From assembly GCF_006345805.1 (NCBI RefSeq), contig NC_043013.1:39990001-40054000 (forward strand): DNA of 64,000 nt. The letters are read 5' to 3'. This document shows, one piece after another, positions 40,157 to 52,334 of the stretch (positions within the stretch are counted from its first letter, which is position 1; each line of letters opens with the position of its first letter). The notes beneath the pieces were generated by a model that saw only the letters and a list, made by a program, of their open reading frames with translations, ran no database searches and was not told the origin of the DNA. The DNA is from Octopus sinensis. Its lineage: Eukaryota. Made by a program: the position numbers and the translations under genes.

Positions 40157-40317
40157 GTTTCTTTATTAGCACACAGGGCTGCACACAGATAGAACAAATT
40201 ACAAGGTAGAGCTTTTCTTTTGAAGGTATTAAAAAAAAAAAAAAAAAAAAAAAAAGGAGGGGGAGGTTCGATCAAAAGGGATCGTAAAAGGAGAGAAAGA
40301 GGACAAAAATAAGGGGG

Positions 40318-40349
<32 letters not shown>

Positions 40350-40494
40350 AGAGGAAAAAAAATGATCAATAGGGATCGTTATCACAGAAATGTCAATATG
40401 AAGTGTAAAGGGGAGGACAGGTGAGTTTTACCGTGGAAAGAAAAGCCTGCGAAAAGACCACGGTAACCTCGGTCAATGATTCACATTTTAATTT

Positions 40495-40527
<33 letters not shown>

Positions 40528-41303
40528 AAATAAGCAACTCTCTGTTTTCGATTTCTGGGTTCATAGACTATGCTCAATTGGCTTCGTCATTCATACGTGC
40601 CATTCTTGCTACATCACCCATCTTTTTTTTAAAACATTCGCTAGACAACAAACTTGCCTCTCTACTCTCACTTTCCTTTTCAAGTGGTACTTGAAGAAGT
40701 TGATGAGAGATTGACCAGAAGAGGAAAGTGTTTGTCTCCAATCCTTTCAGACGCGTCCACCAGATACATTCTTTCGCCATAGCCCAAGGATGATGAAAAT
40801 AGCTCTTCCTTCCCGTTTGAAGGAAGGAGGCGTGACAATATTGACGATAGACTCAGCTGATAAACCGACTCGTCCCACCACGTGACAGCAGTTCTTCGAC
40901 ATAAGCCCACATGTCGGAAATTGTTGGACACTGAACGAGTGCGTGCAGAACGGTTTCGTCGCTCTGACCGCATCTCGGGCAGGTCGGCCCCGTGTTTCTC
41001 GAGCCGTGTCTGGTAGCTTATCCCGAACGGTTAGCGCTTCTCGAGCACTGCCAGGCCAGGGATCTCTGGAAGTTGGTCCATGGGCCCTGGCCCGAAAGTC
41101 GTCCCGAACAGGCGGGTCAGGTACTCCTCGTCGACGTCCAGGTTCGCCCCGAGCTCGTCGTCGTACCTCCCCTCCACTAAACCCCTATAGAATGCTTTGG
41201 TTGTGTTGAAGTCACTTAAGGTCGACCCAGGAGGGCAGAGTTGCTTGAGAGCAACGCGACACTCGCGGTGCCATTCGCCCTCCTCGCCTCTTTTTGATCC
41301 ACG
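40157..41303 (-). mobile_element. Tx1-clade (L1-like) LINE, 5'-truncated copy 1 inside (GATA)n
   Basis: Near-identical to 41379-42431; frameshifted zf-RVT region plus 3' UTR ending AATAAAGAAAC. Confidence 0.85.
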
Positions 41304-41329
41304 AGATAGATAGATAGATAGATATAGAT

Positions 41330-41370
<41 letters not shown>

Positions 41371-41378
41371 ATAGATAT

Positions 41379-42430
41379 GTTTCTTTATTAGCCACACAGG
41401 GCTGCACACAGACCGAACAAATTACAAGGTAGAGCTTTTATTTTGAAGTTTAAAAAAAAAAAAAAGGAAGGGGAGTTTCGATCAAAAGGATCGTAAAAGG
41501 AGAGAAAGAGGACAAAAAAAGGGGGGTGTTAACAAAAGGGGGGAGAGGAAAAAAATTGATCAATAGGGATCGTTCACAGAAATGTCAATATGAAGTGTAA
41601 AGGGGAGGACAGGTGAGGTTTACCCATGGAAGGAAAGCCTACGGAAAAGACCACGGTAACCTCGTTCATGGAGTCACATGTTATATTTCTTTTTTTTTTT
41701 TTTGCGAATAAGCAACTCTCTGTTTTCAATTTCTGGTTCATAGGATCATGCTCAAGTGGCTTCGTCATTCATACGTGCCATTCTTGCTACATTCAACCCA
41801 TCTTTTTTTTAAAACATTCGCTAGACAAAACTTGCCTCTCTACTCTCACTTTCCTTTTCAAGTGTACTTGAAGAAGTTGATGAGAGATTGACCAGAGAGG
41901 AAAGTGTTTGTCTCCAATCCTTTCAGACGCGTCCACCAGATACATTCTTTCGCCATAGCCACAAGGATGATGAAAATAGCTCTTCCTTCCCCTTTGAAGG
42001 AAGGAGGCGTGACAATATTGACGATAGACTCAGCTGATAAACCGACTCGTCCCACACGTGACAGCAGTTGTTCGACATAAGCCCACAGGTCGGAAATTGT
42101 TGGACACTGCACGAGTGCGTGCAGAACGGTTTCGTCGCTCTGACCGCATCTCGGGCAGGTCGGCCCCGTGTTTCTCGAGCCGTGTCTGTAGAGCTTATCC
42201 CGAACGCGTAGCGCTTCTCGGTAGCACTGCCAGGCCAGGGATCTCTGGAAGTTGTCCATGGGCCCTGGCCCGAAAGTCGTCCTGAACAGGCGGGTCAGGT
42301 ACTCCTCGTCGACGTCCAGGTTCGCCCCGAGCTCGTCGTCGTACCTCCCCTCCACTAAACCCCTATAGAATGCTTTGGTTGTGTTGAAGTCACTCAAGGT
42401 CGACCCAGGACGGCAGAGTTGCTTGAGAGC

Positions 42431-42431
<1 letters not shown>
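41379..42431 (-). mobile_element. Tx1-clade LINE, 5'-truncated copy 2 inside (GATA)n
   Basis: Contains ORF 41858-42397; GATA repeats at 41304-41378 and from 42432. Confidence 0.85.
41858..42397 (-). CDS. ORF2 C-terminal zf-RVT domain fragment of Tx1/L1-type LINE
   Basis: SLAWQCYREALRVRDKL..CPRCGQSDETVLHALVQC..LW..AKECIWWTR matches the L1/Tx1 CCHC C-terminus pattern. Confidence 0.8.
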   Translation of the reverse strand: MSDFNTTKAFYRGLVEGRYDDELGANLDVDEEYLTRLFRTTFGPGPMDNFQRSLAWQCYREALRVRDKLYRHGSRNTGPTCPRCGQSDETVLHALVQCPTISDLWAYVEQLLSRVGRVGLSAESIVNIVTPPSFKGEGRAIFIILVAMAKECIWWTRLKGLETNTFLSGQSLINFFKYT

Positions 42432-42515
<84 letters not shown>

Positions 42516-42632
42516 GTAGTTAGGTAGGTAGGTATGTAGGTAGATAGGTAGGTATGTAGGTAGGTATGTAGGTAGGTAGGTAGGTAGGTAGGTAGGTAGG
42601 TAGGTAGGTAGGTAGGTAGGTAGGTAGCTAGC

Positions 42633-42707
<75 letters not shown>

Positions 42708-43209
42708 GGGCATAAAAATCATCAAATTTAGCCTGAACGCCCATTATAAATATATACGTCAATGATACATACACTCATTTAAATCTCATATATCCGGTTT
42801 TTGACCACACTTTTACAGAATTCAGAAAATAAGAAACAAAAATCATCTGTTTTAATTCATTCATTCATTTATTTATTTATTTTTTATTTATTTATTTATT
42901 TATTTATTCATTTATTTATTCATTTATTTCGTAATACAACTGCGCAACCATTTTTTCTTGCCTCACGTGGTGTGAAATATTCCAATTATATTCCTTTGTT
43001 TACGCTGTTGAGGCTGATTCTGTTCAGGTGTCGGCTTACCATTTTAATTACTTTCGTCTTTTGTTCATATCACAGCTTAAAGGAATTCTTCAGGGTTTGG
43101 CAAGGGTTAAACTTCGAAATAAAATACGTCTCCCAAACATTTTCATAACAACCTAAAGAGAACTCACAAACAAAATACCAGCTACAATAATAGCTTCTTT
43201 TTTTTTTCA

Positions 43210-43850
43210 TCTTTTTATTTGTTTCAGTCATTAGACTGCGACCATGCTGGAGCACTGCCTTGAAGAAAGTTGGATCGAATGAACTGACCTTTTTTTTATT
43301 CTTTATAGTACTTATTCTATCGGTCTCTTCTGCTGAACCGCTAAGTTAAGGAGACGTATACACACCATCACCGGTTGTCAAGCGGTGAAGATGGACTAAC
43401 ACAGTCACAAAGACACACACACATACACACACACACACACACACATATATCTTTTACTTGTTTCAGTCATTTGACTGCGGCCATGCAGGAGCACCGCCTT
43501 TAGTCGAGCAAATCGATCCCAGGATTTATTTTTGTAACCCTAGTTCTTATTCTATCGGTCCCTTATGCCGAATCGCTAGGTTCCTGGGACGTAAACACGC
43601 CAACATCGGTTGTCAAGCGGTGCTGAGGGAACAAACACAGAAACACAAACATATACACACACATACATATATATATAATATAAACATATATACGACGGGC
43701 TTCTTTCAGTTTCCGTCTACCAAATCCACTCACAAGGCTTTGATCGGCCCGAGGCTATAGTAGAAGACACTTACCCAAGGTGCCACGCTGTGGGACAGTA
43801 CCGGGAACCATGTGATTGGTAAGCAAGCTACTTACCACACAGCCACTCCT
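43210..43850 (-). mobile_element. Two SINE family B copies (43210-43415 3' half; 43452-43850 full)
   Basis: Match to 2254-2710. Confidence 0.85.
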
Positions 43851-44196
43851 TATGCAAAAGTATCGTGAGTCTAGAACGTTAATTGTTTTCATAAAACGAG
43901 AAAATAGTTTCACTTTTCCATTTCTTTTTACATTAGCAACAGTTTCAGTTTAACAATAATACTTTGTTGTTTGAATCGTAACTCCATGCATGTATGGTAT
44001 TTTCAGTCAGAAATATCTTTGCAATTGCTAAACCGTTGTACTACACTTCGACAATCTTCATAACTTGACATCTGAAGCATCTGGAGATAAACTAGCTTGA
44101 CAAAAAGAACTGGCTATTGCAAGCAAAATTAAATATTGAAAAAACAAACGCATTTGGTCAAAGTTGGACATACGATAGTTTAACATAATAGCAACA

Positions 44197-44257
<61 letters not shown>

Positions 44258-44412
44258 ATATATAACAATTTATAAATAAGGGTAAACGAAAAAATTTCTA
44301 ATGCCAAATATGCCGAAATTAGACACATTGTCCATAACCATAAATTTTTCACAATACGCACGCTACTCGAAAAAAGGTCGACTGAAATTTCTAAAAAACT
44401 CCATTATTACCA

Positions 44413-44465
44413 TATCGGACCGATTTCAGGGTTAGTGCATAAGAACCCTCCCTTCGTCAGTGATA
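44413..44465 (-). ncRNA. Candidate minimal type-I hammerhead ribozyme (Penelope-associated type)
   Basis: Minus strand UAUCA-CUGACGA-aggg-AGGGUU(cuuaugcacu)AACCCU-GAAA-UCGG-UC-CGAUA. Confidence 0.55.
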
Positions 44466-44965
44466 AATGTGGCAAAGAAATAAATGAGATACTTACTCAT
44501 ACCCATGGAAGAAGCAAAACACGAAGTCATGAGCACAATTAAGTACCCCAAATACATCCAAAATAGAAATTCTCCAGCCCATTCAAGACACGTGCGATTT
44601 GAACTGAGGCTCTCACAGAGTGAGAGAGTCCGGAAGTGAACACTATTAAATCTATATTTAAGTATAAATATAAATGTGTGTATATATATATATATATATG
44701 TAATATTTTTTGCTAGTCTATTTTGTCCCTCTATCTTATCTCATGGTGCGATATGAACATTTAACGTGGTTTTTAGAGTCAGGGATTTGACTGCTATTTT
44801 GGCATGGTGGTGTCTCTCAGACACCCTTATTTTTAGTTGTAAAAAATTATTACCTTTGTATGGTATTTTTCCCATGCTGGCCACTTGATAATATCGATAT
44901 TTAAATATCGATGTTATCCTTATTTATAAATATATATATATATATATAGTGTGTGTGTGTGCATG

Positions 44966-45120
44966 CGATGGGCTTCTTTCAGGTTCCGTCTACCAAATCC
45001 ACTCAGAAGTCTTTGGTCGGCACGTGACTATATTAGAAGACAGTTGCCGAAGGTGCCACGCAGTGGGACGGAACCCGGAACCAAGTGGTTGGGAAGCAAA
45101 CGTTTTACCACACAGCCATG
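44966..45120 (-). mobile_element. SINE family B 5' half
   Basis: Head and CORE-like segment. Confidence 0.8.
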
Positions 45121-47599
45121 TCTGTTTCTATATCTAGATGATTACCTCAATTTATTAAGATACATTGTAATTGCCTCGGAACTGATTTTGAGAAGATGGA
45201 ATCCACAAAAGCAGAAAACACACGGTTTATTTAGAAGCTTTGATTACAAAGAATTAATGGAACTGCATAAATATGTAAGATATATCAGGAGTTTAGTCTG
45301 TCATATGTACATAAGCACACGATATACGCACATTTACACACATGTATATATGCTAACGCGTGACTATGTTTAATGATGTGCTGTGTCTGTACGTACATAC
45401 TTGCAACGACATGCATATTGGCGGACACAAGCAAAAATGTACAGAGACATATATTCGTGTATGTGTGTATGTGTGTGTGTGCGTACGCGCGCGCGTGTTT
45501 GTGCGTGTATGTACATATATATATATACATATATTTATTGAATGAGAAGGGGCCCTTTGTTCTTCCTCCTGTATACAGACTCTAGATTAGAAGTAAACGT
45601 GTGGTTAATTAATGTAAGAGGAACATTCCCATCAAAGAGTAATATTCCATGAGTTGCAAACTGACTCGACCTGATATAGTTGCTTGGGTCTTAAAAAAAG
45701 TATCATGTACGGTCATTGCGGTTTAGCTACTCTGCAGATGATCAAATCTCTTCCCCCAGTTAGTAAGAAAGAGCGCATGTACGGACAACTGCCTCGAAAC
45801 CTACAGTTTTTTCTACTCTGATTATAAATTCACATGTATAGCGATAACTGTAATTGGGTATGTTATCTCATGTTTAAGTGACATTCTGGGAAGGTTAGAA
45901 AATGACCAGCTAACACGCACTTTACAAATGTATTCTGTAAGCGGAACAGTAAAGATATGCAAAACATTTATCAAGTTCTCTATATTCCAGCGAAGGAGGT
46001 TTGCATCTTAGAAACCATCTTCTTCCTTACAGAAAGAAATTAAATATTTTAAAATAGAAGAGAATGTGCATATGTATATTCATACACACAAGCATACATA
46101 TATGCAAACATATATATTATAAACAAACATATCTACGCAAATGCGCATGTATACATATATATACGTAAATACGTACATTCGTTCATACATATATTCATAC
46201 ATGCACACATATATACATACTTGCATAATGCATACATACATACATACATACATACACACACATGCATGCATGTATACATACATACATACATACATGCATA
46301 CATACATACATACATACATACATACATAAATACATACATACATACATACATACGTCTGCACATACATTTTTAGATGCATACATACATGCACATACGCATG
46401 CATACGTACGTTCGTCCATACATATATTCATTCATACATACATATATACATACTCGCATGCATATATACATACATACATGCATACATACATACATACATA
46501 CGCACATACACCTGGAGATATATGTATATGTACATACATACGCCAGCACGTACGTATGTACATGAATACATACATATATGCATATATGCATGCATACATA
46601 TGTATATATGTAAATATATTTATTCGTGCATACGTACATGCATGCATTCATCTATTCCCATCAACGTATTTTATGTCGAAATTACGAAAAGTAACTCTGG
46701 TAAAATATTGTTGTTTTGAACATCAATGAAACCAAGTATCAGGTGGTTGGTCGAGGTAATTGATTTCTGTATTGGCGAGAAACTTTGAAAAATAAAACCA
46801 CACGATATTATTGTTACGTTTCCATGCTGTTAACATCACTATAATAACTGTTCACGGTAATCTCATTCGTATGATGTAACTCTAACGATTCCGCTAAAAG
46901 TAACAAAACATGGCACTAGAAAAGTTTTTTAGGTCGTAAAGTCAAAAGAATGTGGCAAGCAATCAGCATCAAGACTTTCCATTCACAGTTTATTTGGGTT
47001 TTTTTTTTTTTTTTTTTGAGGCTGCTGGCATTAATTGTAGAATAAGTAAATTTCAGGTTACCAAGATTTAGATAATTGATACCAAAAGTGGAAGGTGCTC
47101 ATATTGTAGAGAGTGGGGCATGATACAAATACATAGCTATAAAAGAAGACTGCGTAGCCTACAGCCACGGTTGCACTTGCTGCTGAATAAAATAAACATT
47201 TATGTATGTGTGTGTACTTAATGTATACATACACTACCTGTAGGTCAGTTACTGCACTATTTGTCCAGACATTATATATGGACTTGCTGAGTTAAAATCA
47301 TGATAAATAACACAAGAAAAGAATACTCATCCAAGCAGCTGCCAGCGAGAGCGTCAAATTCATTTCGGCCATTTTTGGCGTTTTCAGTGGCACATATTAG
47401 CAGCCAGCCACATGCTCGGATAAGAATTCGTTGTCTCTGATGTCGGAAAAACGTATACTGATGTTGCGAATAGCCGCCCGGCTGATTAAAAATCCCGTCT
47501 ACGCAATTGATGCAAAATTTAATTGAAATAACCATCTATATATCATATCTAATGTATACACACTGATAGGTGATAGGACAATTGCTGCAGTCTTTACCT

Positions 47600-48620
47600 T
47601 GAGATAACATCTCTTATGGACTTGTACTGGCTCAAGAATAATGCATTTCAGATAGATGACAACGAAAGTCTAAGTTTGAGGTATTCTAAACAATTACATC
47701 AAAAACCAAAAGCCGAGATCAACGACCAACAGCCTGGTTTCAGGGCAATCCAAAACCACAGTGTAACATTAATTTGTTTGTTTTATTGTTACGGATGCTG
47801 CTTCTTTGGAATTTGCTACTGGAGACACCTAAATGTCCTAGATTACCATTAGTGGCAGATACAGAATACCAAAGATTTCTGAGAGAGTGGAAATAATGGA
47901 AGACTTCGAATTAAAATAACGTAATCTCACTGCAGTGACAATATAAATGCTGTAAAAATGCGCAGCTAATGTCGAGGTCATTAGAACTGTTGGTGCAATG
48001 ATTCCCCAATTAGGAAAACTTTATCGCCATGGTAAACAGAGAAATGAGGTAACCGGTGACATCAGTGTTACATCTGATAAACTCATTATTAGCTACAATA
48101 GTGTATTGAATTATGCATGATATCCAGGAATTTTCCATTGACAGACAAGAAGCTTATCAAGCAAAGAAAGTCACATAGGATTAGTGATGGTATTTAAGAA
48201 GCTTCCAATGGTAGACGAAGCACGGTACATTACAGCAGCCTTAATCCATGTGTTAAAAACTTGCAATTGGCCTAAACGCCGACATCTGCCACTGATTCTA
48301 ACAAGTTATGCCTTGAATCCGATTCTGTCAATAACTCCAATTGTCTTGAAATGTAACATCTCATACTAACACTCTACAAATCAAATATATTCACCACATG
48401 TTGAGAACATCCTCGTCCCTTGATGGAATGCTCAGAATAAATCGCTATGTTGAAGACCCACGACAGTTTCTCTTCATTGACAAGACGGAGTCAAGAAAGG
48501 CCTTAATGAACATTGCCTATATTGTGTTCTGAAACATGTCCCAATTAGGGAACAACTTATATAGCTGTTATTTAACCTCAGTTCAGACCTGAGCAAATAG
48601 ACATATTCAAATGCCTTCCA
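47600..48620 (-). mobile_element. Possible highly decayed CR1/L2-type RT remnant
   Basis: Only faint, frameshifted resemblance to RT C-terminal motifs by eye. Confidence 0.25.
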
Positions 48621-49476
48621 CCTGTGACAATTCGTTCTTTTCATTTTTATTTTTATTTTTTTTGCTTCGACATAGTGTATCAACGACTACGTTATCCGTG
48701 TAGTTCATCTTTTTAAGATGGTGGAGTTTGAGTTAAGGGAAATTTAACTGCTGTTTCTAGCACACCACGTCCACTTAAAATTCTCTCACATTGTCTCTTT
48801 GTATTTCTGTTGTTTAATCTCCGGTTGTCTGGATACAGCAGGATCATGATCAAAAATATTCCAACTCTGATCATTGCTACCTTTCTTTTATCTTTTTCAG
48901 GCAGTGTATCGAGAACCATTTCATTTTAGGTGGGTAAATTTTTAAAAACTGGTTGGATGTGATTGGGGTGGGAAAATAATCAAACACTTCTTCACCGATA
49001 ACAAAACTCGAACGGAAAATCTCAACATTGATTTATTTCGACAACCAACCCTCCTGCAGTGTTGAGATACAGCAAACATAATGTGTTGTTGTTGTTGTTG
49101 TTTTGTTTTTTGTTTTTTCTCAGGGGATCAATATGAAATTTCATTCCAATTTTTCTAAGCAAAGATCATCCCAGAAACACTTAGCAAAAAATTCTTAATT
49201 GCCGTCAAAAGACTCTCTGTAACATGAAAAATACAGAGTGATGAACGGACGGACAGAGTACACTAAAAGAAAGAGTCCCACCACGTATCGTAGGTGGTAA
49301 TGAACGACTTTAAAACCAAATTGAACCCCATCACCCAAACGAACCCACACACAAATACACAGACACATACATGCACACACAACCACACACTCTCACATAC
49401 ACACACACACAGCAAAACAAAATGCATCAGAATAGATCAAGTAATCGAAATAAAGCAATACAACCAATGTTTAATT

Positions 49477-49855
49477 TATTTCTTTATTGCCCACAGGGGG
49501 CTAAACATAGAGGGGACAAACAAGGACAGACAAAAGGTTTCAGTCGATTACATCGACACCAGTGCGTAACTGGTACTTATTTAATCTACCTCGAAAGGAT
49601 GAATGGCAAAGTCAACCTCGGCGGAATTTGAACTCAGAAGGTAACGCTAGACGAAAAACCTATTTCTTTACTACCCACAAGGGGCTAAACACAGAGAGGA
49701 CAAACAAGGACAGACAAACAGATTAAGTCGATTATATGGACCAAGTGCGTAACTGGTACTTAATTTATCGACCCCGAAAGGATGAAAGGTAAAGTCGACC
49801 TCGGCGGAATTTGAACTCAGAACGGCGTGTTAACAATTCTGCCAGCTCGCCGCCC
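49477..49855 (-). mobile_element. SINE family A tandem/nested pair (both units Tx1-tail) with 18-bp TSD
   Basis: TACAACCAATG(T/A)TTAATT at 49459-49476 and 49856-49873; internal junction at 49660/49661. Confidence 0.9.
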
Positions 49856-49962
49856 TACAACCAATGATTAATTAAAGTGGATGGTGTATGTTAGCGTTAA
49901 CATAGGTATGAGAAAATTTGTGAAGAAATTCTTACCCTGCAGATCCCCAAAATAGTCTAGAC

Positions 49963-50162
49963 AAGCGGTTCCCAACGTTTTTGCACTCGCGACCCCTAAC
50001 CCAAAAGCTTGAAACCCATGCGACCCCCTACTATCAGCAGCTTGATTTACATTTTATGAAATCAATATTATCCCAAGCCACTTCTAACAAGGCTACGCGA
50101 CACCTCCTGCAAAAGTTTGGCGACCACTCAGGGGTTCGGGAACCACCGGTTGGGAACCCGTG
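49963..50162. mobile_element. hAT (Charlie-like) MITE
   Basis: TIRs AAGCGGTTCCCAAC / GTTGGGAACCCGTG; 8-bp flanks GTCTAGAC / GTTTAAAC resemble the NTCTAGAN target. Confidence 0.75.
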
Positions 50163-50487
50163 GTTTAAACCATTCCTATGTAATAGCGTTTATAGTAGTG
50201 TGTTTTCTTAAAGGCATTTCTTTAACGAAAGCTAAGGGGTGCCTCACTCCAAACAGTCTAACAGCGCGCCAGTCACTAAATTCGTATTCCTTCGTATTTC
50301 CGATGTCTTCCTGTTATTCTCCAAGGTTTCTAGCAACTCCCCTCATCAAAGAAGCCTGGTGAGTGTGCCCGTTTGTCACTGATGACCTGATCATGTAACA
50401 TGTTGCAATGAATTACATGTTACTTGTAGGACTCACGAGCGAGTGACATAGATACACATGCATATATACACACATATATGATTGAAG

Positions 50488-50866
50488 CTCTCCGTCGGTT
50501 ACGACGATGAGGGTTCCGGTTGATCCGAATCAACGGAACAGCCTGCTCGTGAAATTAACGTGTAAGTGTCTGAGCACTCCACAGACACGTGCACCCTTAA
50601 CGTAGTTCTCGGGGATATTCAGCGTGACACAGAGAGTGACAAGGCCGGCCCTTTGAAATACAGGTACAACAGAAACAGGAAGTAAGAGTGAGAGAAAGTT
50701 ATGGTGAAAGAGTACAGCAGGGATCACCACCATCCCCTGCCGGAGCCTCGTGGAGCATTTAGGTGTTTTCGCTCAATAAACACTCACAACGCCCGGTCTG
50801 GGAATCGAAACCGCGATCCTATGACCGCGAGTCCGCTGCCCTAACCACTGGGCCATTGCGCCTCCA
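50488..50866 (-). mobile_element. SINE family C2, well preserved
   Basis: GGAGGCGCAATGGCCCAGTGGTTAGGG head; RTE-type tail. Confidence 0.9.
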
Positions 50867-52334
50867 AACACACAAATATATATATAAATTCACACACATA
50901 TACAGACATACAAGCATACAGACATATACATATGCATGGATACATACAGACATATATACACGCATCTATACATACGTACTCTCTCTCTCCCTCTCTCTCT
51001 CTCTCACTCTCTCTCTCTCTCTTCATCTATCTATCTATATGTGTATTCTCCTAATTCTGGGCATGCATGCACGCGCGCAAGTATGCGCTTGCCTCTAATG
51101 CCAAAGCAAACTGTCACAAAAACAGGTTGAATGTCCAGTCAGTCACGCCAAACCACCAGCGCCCAAACAGCCGCGCAGAACAGTCTCATTCCGCTGTGCT
51201 CTTATTCTAAACTCATTCGCCATCTTAAATATATCTATGTCTACGCGCAATTTGGCTAGATAATCATTGACCGACAAAGGATTCCTCTGTCCTTTTGATA
51301 GGTACAGCGTTTTTATTTTATCCTTCTCTAAGAGGGATTTTAGCAATAATCCTCTTTGCCAAGCTGGCTTGGTGGGGATGACAGTTTAGGCGCAGAGAAC
51401 CTCGGCATGTAACAGGTTGTACTAGATAACATATTAGACTGCGGCGTTTACAAACACTTCACCTACATGCGTAAATGAATATGTATATACATGCATGCGT
51501 ACATACATGACTGAGTCAGTTGCTAATGTATAAATCCATGCGTGTAACAACATAAACACTCTCCAAAACACATATATTATACAAAAGAGAAAAAGTTAGT
51601 TTGTTTATGCGCGTGAATGTGTGTTCTGTATGAACGTGTGCGCGTGCTGTGTGAGCTGTATGTGTGTGTGTGTGTGTTTATGTGAGTGTGTGCGTGTGTG
51701 TGCAAATGTACCCGTGTATGTGTGTGTGGGCGCGTGTATGTGCGTGTGCAAGTATGCCCGTATGTGTGTGCTGTATGTATGTGTGTGTGTGTTTATGTGA
51801 GTGTGTGCGTGTCTGTGTGTGTGCAAATGTGCCCGTGTATGTGTGTGTGCAAGTGTGCCAGTATGTGTGTGTGTGTGCAAGTGTGCCAGTATGTGTGTGT
51901 GTGTGTGTGGTGTGTGTGTGTGTGTGTGTGCGTTTTCTGTGTATTTAAATGCCTTTGCAAATATACATGCCTGTGTGAGAGAAGGTGGAAACACACAGAC
52001 ATACACACACCCTCACTCTCACTCTCTCACACACGCACACACATTCTCTCCCCTTTCTTTCTCTCTTTCTCTCTCCTTCTTTCTCTCTTTTATCTGCATC
52101 AGCTGTTGTTTGCAATAAATCGCCATGTTTGACAGGGGGTAATTTCATAATAAATCACTTTGTATCAACAACACTGCCTTCTTCCGACCACTCCACCACC
52201 ACCACCCTTTCTCCCCGCCCCCCACTATCTCCTGTTAACGCTATAATAACTCACACACTTTCTCCTTAACGCCATCCTATCTCCCCCTCCAACTCCGCCA
52301 TTGTCTATGTCAACCAGCATTTCAGTTTTCCTTA

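Noticed and set aside
52090-52180. TAAT/TGACA motif cluster as a possible enhancer
   Set aside because: Short motifs are expected by chance in AT-rich DNA; needs conservation or chromatin data.
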